Source: Octopus vulgaris
Taxonomy: Eukaryota
Direction of reading: 5' to 3'
Assembly: GCA_951406725.2 (NCBI GenBank)
Contig: OX597820.1
Span: 99,138,001-99,202,000, forward strand
DNA: 64,000 bases
Shown piece by piece: positions 1 to 11,189 of the stretch. A program made the translations under genes and the position numbers. Within the stretch, counting starts at the first letter, position 1; the number at the start of each line of letters is the position of its first letter. Below the pieces are notes generated by a model. It was not told the DNA's origin and did no database searches. It saw nothing but the letters and a program-made list of their open reading frames with translations.

Positions 1-256
1 CTCACCCGGGGTCCATACGACCCTTAGGGATCCATTCAAGATTTATAAAATCTTGTTAACATTTATGTGCAATAAATTGGTTCTACAATACACAAAATAT
101 TTTAACAATTCTTACAATGCAATTTTTAATAATATTTAATTATGAAAACATAACAGGATTTTTTAAACATCGAATGGCAACTAGAAGGGGTCTAATAAAG
201 CAAAGTAGGAATTAAGGGGCACATAGGTAAAAAAAAGAAATGGTTGAGAAACACTG
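1..256. mobile_element. Right end of a hAT/Charlie-type MITE
   Basis: Ends in TGGTTGAGAAACACTG (reverse complement CAGTGTTTCTCAACC, a Charlie-like TIR). Confidence 0.5.
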
Positions 257-318
257 TATTAGAGAAATAAACCAGACTTGAATGACTAATTCCTGCCCAT
301 AACTCAAGTCTCTCTTCT

Positions 319-714
319 ATTCTCTCTTCTAAATTACAGTCTACTCCGCTTAAAAAGAAGAACACGTTTGATAATGAGGTTCTGAAGAAGGTCGGGATGG
401 TCACGGTTTGAATGTTTTTGATCACAGAGTTAATGGTCGACTCGCGAGAAATAGCAGCCTATTCTCTCTCCTAAATTACAGTCTACTCCGCTTAAAAGGA
501 AGAACACGTTTGGTAATGAGGTTCTGAAGAAGGTCGGGATGGTCACGGTTTGAATGTTTTTGATCACAGAATTAATGGTCGACTCGCGAGAAATAGCAGC
601 CTATTCTCTCTCCTAAATTACAGTCTACTCCGCTTAAAAGGAAGAACACGTTTGAAAATGAAGTTCTGAAGAAGGGCGGGATGGTCACGGTTTGAATGTT
701 TTTGATCACAGAGT
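319..714. repeat. Tandem repeat, 142-bp unit, about 2.8 copies
   Basis: Near-identical units start at 319, 461 and 603. Confidence 0.9.
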
Positions 715-1332
715 TGCTCGATACGGGATTGACTAAGGGTTAATTAAACAACGGTAACGTAGTTACTAGATCTGTGGGAGGGGCCGTACTTAGCCCAGGG
801 TTGGTGCTTTATTTACACACCTTCACTTGCAAATGTTTGTGTAATTACACCGCTAAAATATATATTAGCCTATCATTAATATCACAGATATATAAATACA
901 GGGTAAATTTTTAGGGTGTAATTGTAAAAATTTACCAAATATAATGCATAATATTTAAATAACATTTAAGAAATTTGTCCAAAATATCCAGACGACAAAT
1001 CCTTTATAAGCTACATCAAGCGAAGGAAATGTTTTATTAATATTTGTGACTCAAATAATAAAATATTACGTTAACTAATGCAGAGATAATGAAAAAGACG
1101 GCTCAGACTTACTGTTCGGTTATTTTTGTAGAAGTCGAATAAATAAAGATTTCCTCTTATATTATTATTATTTTTATTTTTACATTTTCACTAATACGCC
1201 ATTATGCTCGATAGCGAGGCTACCGGACGTAACTAATGTATAATATAAAAAAAAAAAAAAAACCAGTTTGTTTATCGTTCGACTAGTTGTGGCTTTGCTA
1301 ACTTTCACTATAAATTATCCATTATCTGTATA

Positions 1333-1822
1333 CTCCTTTACTCGTTTACTTGTTTCAGTTATTTGACCGTGACCATGCTGGAGCACTGCCTTTAGTCGAG
1401 CAAGTCGACACTAGGACTTATTCTGTGTAAGCCTAGTACTTATTCTATCGGTCTATTTTGCCGAACCGCTAAGTTACGGGGGACGTAAACACACCAGCAT
1501 CGGTTGTCAAGCGATGTTGGGGGACAAACACAGACACATAAACATTTACACACATATATATATATATATTTTGTTCGTCCCTTCGTGTATTTCACGTTAT
1601 TTATATTTATATATGTAAAGTTTTATTAATATATATATATATATATGTATGTATATATATATACACATACGACGGGCTTCTTTCAGTTTCCGTCTACCAA
1701 ATCCACTCACAAGGCTTTGGTCAGCCCGAGGCTATAGTAGAAGACACTTGCCACGCAGTGGGACAGAACCCGGAACCATGTGGTTGGTAAGCAAGCTACT
1801 TACCACACAACCACTCCTACGC
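1333..1822 (-). mobile_element. tRNA-derived SINE, family A (OK-like)
   Basis: A box TGGYTGTGTGG and B box GGTTCWGTCCC, internal TA/TG microsatellite and 3' end TGAAACAAGTAAAAGAG; more than 15 copies in the window. Confidence 0.85.
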
Positions 1823-1934
1823 TAGGAGGGACTCTTAAAATCAAAACTACCAAAATAAATAAACGTGTTTATTTATTTTGGTCGTTTTGACTTTAAGAGT
1901 CCCTCCTAGCGTGTGGCATTTATGTATAGTAATG

Positions 1935-2452
1935 CCCTCGGATCTTTTCGGTTTGAACGGCAGTTTTTTAAAATAATCTCTATGAAACTAAAAGATTTTA
2001 AACTTCGTATACTCGTAGAATGTGTTTATAAAACATCTTTTTCTCTCGGCTTTCTTGAGAAAATTCTGTAGTTTGTAAGACATTTGGTCTGTAATTTCTT
2101 GCATTTCTTGCATTTTGGCAATTTCAACCAATCAATGACGTCTATTGAGGTGAAAACAATATCTGCCGAAGTCTGTCAACAGCAATTTTTTGCAGTGTCA
2201 TGAAAATATCCCTAAGAAACAGATTGGGTTTATTTACATTTCTGAAGAAAAAAAGATACCCTTCTCCCACCCCTAACCCTAACCTTAACCCTAACCCTAA
2301 CTAACCCTCCCCACCCCTAACCCTAACCCTAAAACAGATTGAAATGCAATAGATCGATACTAGGGTCATAATTATGGGTGGACACTAAAGAGCAAATAAA
2401 CCCAATCTGTTTCTTAGGGACATTTTCATATGACACCGCAAAAACGTTCAAA
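1935..2452. mobile_element. Non-autonomous TIR-like element with internal (CCCTAA)n
   Basis: TTTGAACG...CGTTCAAA near the ends; internal inverted repeat 2187-2235/2394-2444; telomere-type repeats 2271-2332. Confidence 0.55.
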
Positions 2453-2454
2453 GG

Positions 2455-4880
2455 TCATGCATGACCACCTCATCCCATGTCTTCTTAGGTCTACCTCTAC
2501 CCTGGATTCCTTCAATTGTTTGGGAGTGGCACTTCTTCACACATCTCTCCTCATACCATACCAACACAAACGTCTCTCCTGCACGCCATATCCGATGCTT
2601 CTTATGTCCAACATTTCTCTCAGGGCGCTTACACTCTGTCGTGCATGCACACTGACATTACACATCTAGCGGACCATGCTAGCCTCATTTCTTTCGAGCC
2701 TATGCATGTCCTCTGCAGTCACAGCCCATGTTTCACTGCTATGAAGCATGGCAGTTCGCACACATGCGTCGTACAATCTACCTTTCACTCACGCTGATGA
2801 CAGGTCAATACCCAGAAACTTGAGTCCATGTGTATCATAGATTGAAGACAGGAAGGATGGCTTCCCTTTGCAAATACTGATAGGGCACAGAAAGTATGTC
2901 AATAGTTAGCTGGAGGAGGTGTCCTCCTGGGACTACAAGCTACAGTAGCAAATATACTTCACAATAATATAATCCCTAAAATTCAAAGAGATTAGAGATG
3001 GTCTATAACAGCAATGATTAAAATAGTAAACGCAAGGAAAAAAAGTGATGTTAATGTACTGTGGGAGAGGAAACAGTACACATTTTTGGCTTTATATCAG
3101 TTCATTCAACATTAACCTGAGGTCAATAACAAAATAAGAGAAAGAGAAGGGGTTAGTTTGAAGAATTGCATCCACAACTTTGCTTGCTCTTTTATGAGTA
3201 TATTATATTTTCTTTCGTTTTGGGGTGAGTTTACCATTTTCAGCAAAGCTCTACAAAATACACGGTAGTTTTGCTGGAGTCTTCTTATGTCTTTAAAAGA
3301 ATCTCAGGGAAGCCATCAGGTTGTGTTGCTGAGTTTAAACACATTTCATTTTTGGCTGATATTACATCACCCTTTTATGTCAATGTAATCGATGGTTGCC
3401 ACTTCATAATATAATTAATTTTGCAAATTCATAGAATCTGAGTTTCATTTTTGTATATTCTACAACTGTGACTTTTCTTCCTGCACTTTCTTGAGAGAGT
3501 TTGAGCTTGCTTTCCATGTTTTAAATGGGATTCCTTGCTGCCTTCAACATTTTGAGATCTTTATTCTTCATCTCATAGACTTCTATCTCAAAAAATGTTT
3601 TTGCATATATTGATCCTTCTCTCTGGGATAAATTTATTGCATAGAGCTTGCATTATTGACATAAAAATTTCAAGTTTTATCTTATCTTACTTCTTTCATT
3701 TCTTTTCAAGTTTTGCACAACCTTCACACTCAATGCCCATATTTTGCTACCAAGCAGCATAACATGCAACAGTACACATCATACACTCTATCTTGCATTT
3801 GAAGACAGAACTCCTTTTTGCCAAAAGAGAAGAGTTCCCATAATTTTTCTATTCTGTATTCTGGCTACTGTTACAAAGTTTCCACTTCTATTGGAAATTA
3901 GATCATATAGATAACAGAAGTTATCAACTACTTCCCAAATATTAGAATTTTGAAGGTGCTCTTATGACAAACTACTTTCATGCATTTGACAGTTTTCTTC
4001 TTTGTTAGTTTCCCTGAGTTTCAATTACATCACATGTCTACACATTGTTTATATTGCATACCCTGTGCCCTGTGCAGAATTCCTACTTACATCATTTCTG
4101 CATAGCGAGCATATCCACATTCCAAATGGTAGTAGATTCTTGTTTTGTTTTTTTTCCTGTTATAACTTTTGACTTTGCTAGGTCTACTCTCAGACATCTT
4201 GATTTTAGAAAAGAAATTCTCTATATCTTTGAAGTATTCCACTTTGAGGGCTGACCTGTCATCACTCGATCTTAACCTCATGTTATGGCCTTGAGAAGTA
4301 TAATAAACAGGAAAGGGCTGAGACCCAAGTCTTGATTAGACACCTACCTGCACACTAAATTCCTCATTGAGTTCTCATCTTGCTGATAGCAACAATGTGC
4401 AAGGTTTGCACAGCTACCACAAACTATTCGTCTACACCTAGCTTTCTTAAAGACTACCAGACTACAGAACATGGCACCCAGTCAAAGGCTTTCTCCAGAT
4501 CAATGAACAATTGATATAGTGGCTTGCATTCAGCTAAGAATTTCTCTTGTAGCTGTCCACTAGGAAGAGGGCATCAGACGTAACCTGTCATGGCACAAAT
4601 CCAAATTGTATTTCATCCAAGCTAATTCTTTTCATAATCAGTTGTTGCTAAAAACTCTTTCTGTTACTTTCATAACTTGGCCCATCAGTTTGATACTTCT
4701 GCTGTGGCCCCTTTCTAGAGCATCTCTTTTGCCCTTGTATTTTGACCCAATTGTTGATGATGATACTGCTATGACAGTTAATCGGTATGGCACCTCATTG
4801 TACTACTTTCTTGATAAATAATATGACAGTATAGGCATTTAAGAAAACTGGGTAGTTTTGATGACCAGGAACTTTGAAAT
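2455..4880 (-). mobile_element. Decayed RTE-clade LINE fragments
   Basis: Minus strand near 4480-4510 encodes the RT motif FIDLEKAFD; 2455-2800 resembles an RTE ORF C-terminus. Confidence 0.6.
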
Positions 4881-5384
4881 GATCAAGTCCACATAGATTG
4901 CAAGCATTCTAAGCAGTGACAATGACGACATCATCATCGTTTAACGTCCGCTTTCCATGTTGGACGATTTGAGTGAAGACTGGCGAACCAGATGGCTGCA
5001 CCAAGCTCCAATCTGATCTAGCAGAGTTTCTATAGCTGGATACCCTTCCTAATGCCAACCACTCTGATAGTGTAGTGGGTGCTTTTACATGCCACCGGCA
5101 CAAGGACCAGTCAGGCAGTGAGTGATTTGTAAAACCAGCAGTACAGAGTTCAATTCCACCAGTTCTTCCCATTGATACAAATTGATACTTACTTCTAGAA
5201 CTGATTTACCAAAGACATTACCTGGTGGGAGGTGACGTGCTGTTGTTTAACCCCAGATTAGCCCTGACTGAATAGGCTTAGGACCAAAAACATTCCAGGG
5301 GTAACCACACCATCTCTTCCTTTCTCAAGACAGAAGGATGGAATTTGAGGGATATTTGGCCGCTGTTTCTATTTTTATTCTTAA

Positions 5385-5782
5385 CTTTTACCTTTTACTT
5401 GTTTCAGTCATCTGACTGTGGCCAATCTGGGGCACCACCTTGAAGGGTTTTAAATCAACCCTAAGACTTTGTTTTCTATTTTAATGCCTGGTACTTATTT
5501 TATTGGTCGCTTTTGCCGAACTGCTAGCTTACATAAATGCAAACACACCAACACTGATTGTCAAGTGGTGGTCAGGGACAAACACAGACACAAAGATACA
5601 CACGCACACACACATGCACAACAGGCTTCTCTCAATTTCTGTATACCAAATCCACTCACAAGGCTTTGGTCGGCCCAAGGCTATAGTAGAAGACACTTGT
5701 TAAAGGTGCCACACAGTGGAACTGAACCTGGGACCATGTTGTTGGGAAGTAAGTTTCTAACCACACAGCCATGCCTGCACCT
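5385..5782 (-). mobile_element. SINE family A copy
   Basis: Similar to the other copies. Confidence 0.75.
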
Positions 5783-6311
5783 ATTGTGTGATCATATAAA
5801 ATCTATCGTCAGTGGCATTCCTGACTCAAATTAAGGGATTCACAACTTGTGGGTTTATGGAACAATGCCAAATGTTTGATCAGCTATTAGCTACCACCAA
5901 AGCACCTATGGGGGGAACCTGTGCTGTCACTTGACTAACTAGAAATAGCAGCCAAATCTTCCTCAAAGCTTACTTCCTTAAAAAAAAGTAAACACTGTAT
6001 TTGCAGATAATCAAAGAGAAGAGATGATCACCGATCACCGCTAAAATTTCATCATGAATTCTGCTTTGATGTGATGTGGGATCACTTCAACACCTCATGT
6101 GTTACACTGTGCACCTGTTCAGACAATATCGATTTGATAAAGAGAGTGAGCTAATGTGTGGCATGACCATTTGATCACAGGAAACAAATCATTTGTGCAG
6201 GTCATTTGGCAAAAGGTGAACACTCACTCAGTGTTGTTTTCGACGAGAAAATCCATCTTATATATACACGCATCTGTACATATATACACATACACACACA
6301 TACACACACAT

Positions 6312-6350
<39 letters not shown>

Positions 6351-6351
<1 letters not shown>

Positions 6352-6718
6352 GAGCACTATGTCCCGGCATTGCCAGGTCATAGTGCTAGTGCATGCATAT
6401 ACAACTGCGTGCGTGCACACATACACACGAGTACTGTCCAAATCTCTGACCAAATCTCACATACAGCTAGCTGGCATTCAATTGGCATATCAAGTTTCGG
6501 GTATTTTGATTGGGTTTTGGATAGAAAATTCACAAAAAGTCACTTCTATTGATTTTTTAATGGCTTTCGGGGTGACTGGGGAAATGTAAAGATGTGCACG
6601 ACCACCCTTGGACGGTTTTGAATGACCATAGAAAGTGCGAGCCCTCTAACTAAAAAATTGTGGATTTGTATAAAGGATACACATACAGACAGACATTTTG
6701 CTGTTTATATATATATAT
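6351..6718 (-). mobile_element. Non-autonomous Helitron
   Basis: On the minus strand: 5' TATATATAAACAGCAAAATGTCTGTCTG; 3' hairpin CCTGGCAATGCCGGG followed by GCTCG|T. Confidence 0.55.
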
Positions 6719-7521
6719 GGAAAAAAAAAGTCAAAATAGAAAATGCTAAAATAATTTTATAAAAAACATTTCAGTACCGGTTTCAGTCATTGAGACTTTT
6801 TCAACTGTAAGTATGGAAAACAATTAAATTTTGTAAAAATTAAAAGAAAAGCTCTTTTTAAAAGAATATTTGGACAATGTTCAAATACAAGTGGCATTTT
6901 TCTTGTTTCTGCCTGTTTCTCTCTCTCTCTTGTTTACTCTTGTGGGTTCGAGTATCAACCAAATACACTCACAAGGCTTTAGTTGACTCAGGGCAATTGT
7001 AGAAGACATTTGCCTAAGGTGATGTTCAGTAGGACAGAACCCAAAACCACATGGTTGAGAACTGAACTTCTTAACCACATAGCCATGCCTGCACCTATGC
7101 CTAAAGTTATGATGATAATAAAAATAAAAGAAAAGCAAACAATACCCTATAAAACAAAAAATAAATAAAAAGTCTAAAAAAACATTTTCTTTTATAGCAT
7201 TTTTGGTACTTGTATTTTTTTGGTATTTTTTTTAATAAATAAATGCAATGTGTACATGATCTCGATAGAGTAGGACGATTTTGGTAGACTTAATACATCG
7301 ACTTGTTTAACAACCTCAACAGGCCATCAGATGGTTTTAGCAGAGTCCATTCTGTTATAAGCATTTGGGACAGATGTCTGGTTTTGAGCATAATGTCCAC
7401 CCTTCCTGCCACCAGTCAGAAGCCCAAATGGACCGCAGGGGCTGCCTTTTGCCCCTTCTCACTAAGCCATTAAAAAAATATTTTTAAAAAAACCACTTTT
7501 TGCCTCTCAAATTGTATTGCA

Positions 7522-8325
7522 TTATTCGTCTTCTTCCTCCTCATCGTCATCGTCATCGTCGTCGTCGTCATCGTCCTCGTCATCATCATCATCATCATCA
7601 TCATCACTGCTATCATCTTTATCGTCATCTACGGCACCTGCATTATTACCACCATCATCCCCCTCATCATCATTATCCTCGTTGTCATTATTGTTGTCAT
7701 TTTCCTCCTCTTCCTCCTCCTCCTCCTCATCATCATCATCCTCATCACCATCATCATCGTCGTCTTCATCATCGTCGTCGTTGTTGTCAGCATTGATGGT
7801 AACACTGTCCTTGCATTGCGCCTTGCCCTTAACTACTACTGCCTCCGCTATTCCCTCTGACTCTTCCCCTTCTTCCTCCTCTTCTTCCCCACTGCTCTCT
7901 TCCCCAGCTTCACTGCTGCCCTCTTCCCCCTCTTCTGACTCTGCACCTTCTTCCCCATCGTCTTCCTCCTCTGACTCATCGTCTGACTCTATTGCCACTC
8001 TTTTTGCTGTTGCTGCAGCTAGGGCTGCTTGAGCCGCTTGAGCTGCCCGTGCTGCTTGAGCTGCTATCTGTGCCTTTGCCGCTTTGGTCCGGTTATCAGT
8101 TATTTTGGCATTTTTAACCATGGGTTTTGCTGGTGGTAGTTGTGGTTGTGAAGGTGAAGATTTTACTTGTACAGCTACTGGTGCTTGAGGTTTGACCGAT
8201 TTCTCTGGTTTCAATTTGGCAACTTTCGCTTTTGGTTGGAATTCTTCGTTTGTGGTCTTTGGTACAGGAATAATAGCCTTGGGTGATTCAACATTGACTT
8301 GCTGACTTCGGAAGATTATCATTTC
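7522..8325 (-). CDS. HMGB: HMGB terminal coding exon (Pro/Ala/Lys-rich segment followed by a long Asp/Glu tail)
   Basis: Acceptor TTTTGTTAATTGCAG, phase 0, open for 267 codons to TAA at 7522-7524, ending ...DDDEEEEDE. Confidence 0.85.
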   Translation of the reverse strand, partial: EMIIFRSQQVNVESPKAIIPVPKTTNEEFQPKAKVAKLKPEKSVKPQAPVAVQVKSSPSQPQLPPAKPMVKNAKITDNRTKAAKAQIAAQAARAAQAAQAALAAATAKRVAIESDDESEEEDDGEEGAESEEGEEGSSEAGEESSGEEEEEEGEESEGIAEAVVVKGKAQCKDSVTINADNNDDDDEDDDDDGDEDDDDEEEEEEEEENDNNNDNEDNDDEGDDGGNNAGAVDDDKDDSSDDDDDDDDDEDDDDDDDDDDDEEEEDE

Positions 8326-10604
8326 CTGCAATTAACAAAAAGATTGACTTAATAAACACACAGCAACCACCACTACCACAACCACAACAACAATAACAAT
8401 AACAACCACTATCATCACAACAACAACAATTCTAACAAGCACCACCACCACAACACCTACTATCTTAACAAGTACCATAACCATAACCACTCCACCACCA
8501 CTGTCACAACCACAACAAACACCATCATAACAATTCCTACTACACCATCATTACTACAACAACCACTTTCACTATCATCATCATCATCGTCATGAGAACC
8601 ATCATTGCCCTAACCACTATAACAATCACTTTCTCACCACCATCACCATCATAACAACAGTAAATGAAATATACATATTCTTACTTTCACTGGAGGGTTT
8701 TCCAGCTGATTTTAACCCTTAAACAGTGGACATCATTAATCAAAGTTTCACTAGAGAACAGAGGACATCATCAACTTATGTTTCAAAAGTTTTATATAGA
8801 TTTAGCCATCATTAGACAAAAGTAAATAATCTATGGCACTCTTCAACAAGGAGATTGTAAATTTTATTGGAAGAGAAACTGACAATTACTATAGTTTTTG
8901 TATTTATTTAAAGTGAAAATAAGAATAAAAATTACCGTTCAGAAAAAGAGATAATTTTTGTTTTTCTGGATGCTCGGCACACACATTCATGCAAACTCCT
9001 TACTGGCATTTAAAGGTTCATGTAATCAAGAATGAGATGGTGTGCAATATTTTAAAAAGAAGTTTCTTTTTCCATGGCTGGATGTCCTTCCTTTCACTAA
9101 TCCCTACTGTTTGCAAGCAAGGCAATATTACCCCTGGGCCAGAAAATGCTTTTACAGAACACTGGAAATGAAGGACAATAATTTACAACAGTCATGCAAT
9201 GTCAAGATAAAGAAACACAAATATACACACTTATATCATCATCATCATCGTTTAGCATCTGCTTTCCATGCTAGCATGGGTTGGACGGTTCAACTGGGGT
9301 CTGGGAAGCCAGAAGGCTGCACCAGGCCCTGTCTGATCTGGCAATGTTTCTATGGCTAGATGCCCTTCCTAACGCCCAACCACTCCGTGAGTGTAGTGGG
9401 TGCTTTTTATGTGCCAGACAAGGCTGGCAAATGGCCACGATCGGATTGGTGCTTTTTACGTGCCACCGGCATGGAGGCCAGTCGGGGCGGCGCTGGCAAC
9501 GGCCACATTCGGATGGTTCTCTTACGTGCCACCGACACTGGTATCACAGCTACAATTTCCATTGATGTTGATATACATATATACATACACACATGCACAC
9601 TCACACACACACACACAATTTACACAATGGGATTCTTTCAGTTTCCATCTGACAAATACACTCACAAGGCTTTGGTCAGCTTAGGGCTATAGTAGAAGAC
9701 AGTGGGATTGAACCCAAAACATGTGGTTGTAAAGCAAACTTCTTAACCACACAGCCATACTTGCTTTGATATAAAACTCTTGAACAAACAAAACAATTAC
9801 CTTCTCATATCGTTTTCTATCTTGGGCTGCTCTTTCTTCATATGATTTCTTCACCTCAGGTGTCGACAATTTCCACATCTTTCCCAGCAGTGTAGCCACT
9901 TCAGATACTTTTAATTCTGGTTTTTCTTCAATCAGCTTTGCTCTGTGGTCCTTACAGAAGATGAAAAACGCTGAGCTGAAAATGAAAGTAGAAATGAAAG
10001 AGAAGATGTAAGATAAATTAATGTGACTGTAATATAAGGAGCAGAGGTACATAAGGCACGGACATGGCTATATGGTTGAGAAGTTCACTTTGAAACCACA
10101 TTGTTTTGGGTTCAGTTCCATTGCACAGCACCATGGGTAAATTATTTTTTATCATAGGTAAATTATTTTTTATTATATATATATATATATATACATATAT
10201 ACTCCTTTACTTGTTTCAGTCATTTGACTGCGGCCATGCTGGAGCACCGCCCTTAGTCGAGCAACCCGACCCCGGGACTTATTCTTTGTAAGCCCAGTAC
10301 TTATTCTATCGGTCTCTTTTGCTGAACCGCTAAGTGACGGGGACATAGACACACCAGCATCGGTTGTCAAGCAATGCTAGGGGGACAAACACAGACACAC
10401 AAACATACACGCACACATATATATATATATATACTTATATACAACGGGCTTCTTTCAGTTTCCGTCTACCAAATCCACTCACAAGGCTTTGGTCGGCCCG
10501 AGGCTATAGTAGAAGACACTTGCCCAAATTGCCATGCAGTGGGACTGAACCCGGAACCATGTGGTTGGTAAGCAAGCTACTTACCACACAGCCACTCCTG
10601 CGCC

Positions 10605-10688
<84 letters not shown>

Positions 10689-11135
10689 GCACTTCTTCAG
10701 TGGAACCTTATGTTTGGCCTCCTAATCCAACTGACTGCAACCCCCTCAACTTCTTTATGTGGGGTGTGGTGGAATGAGAGACCAACAAATCCAGCTGCAA
10801 TACAAAGGATGAGTTGAGGACCAGGATTATCAGGGGCTTTAAGGGCCTAAGACAGGAGATAGTGACAATGGTCTGTGGTAAGTTTTGAGATTGCCTGGAA
10901 GCTATCATCAAGGCCAAAGATGGTTTCATTGAATGAGATAGACAGAACATGTCATGAAGACAAACTGGCCCAAATTTGACAAATATATCTAAAAAAAAAT
11001 AAAAACACTGTTTTATATTTTCCTGAGACAATCAACATACAAATACTGTCTGCATCCTCTCTCTCTCTCTTGTTCTGTGTGTGTGTATGTTAGGCAGAAG
11101 ATTACACTTCGCTTCACTGTTTGTTTTGTCAGGAT

Positions 11136-11189
<54 letters not shown>

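Noticed and set aside
319-714. Possible CRISPR-like array
   Set aside because: There are no unique spacers; it is a simple tandem repeat in eukaryotic DNA.
7500-8032. Plus-strand His-rich and Ser-rich ORFs
   Set aside because: They are antisense shadows of the Asp/Glu codons of the HMGB tail.
10364-10777. Recurring ORFs such as [19 protein letters not shown]
   Set aside because: They are translations of non-coding SINE copies.
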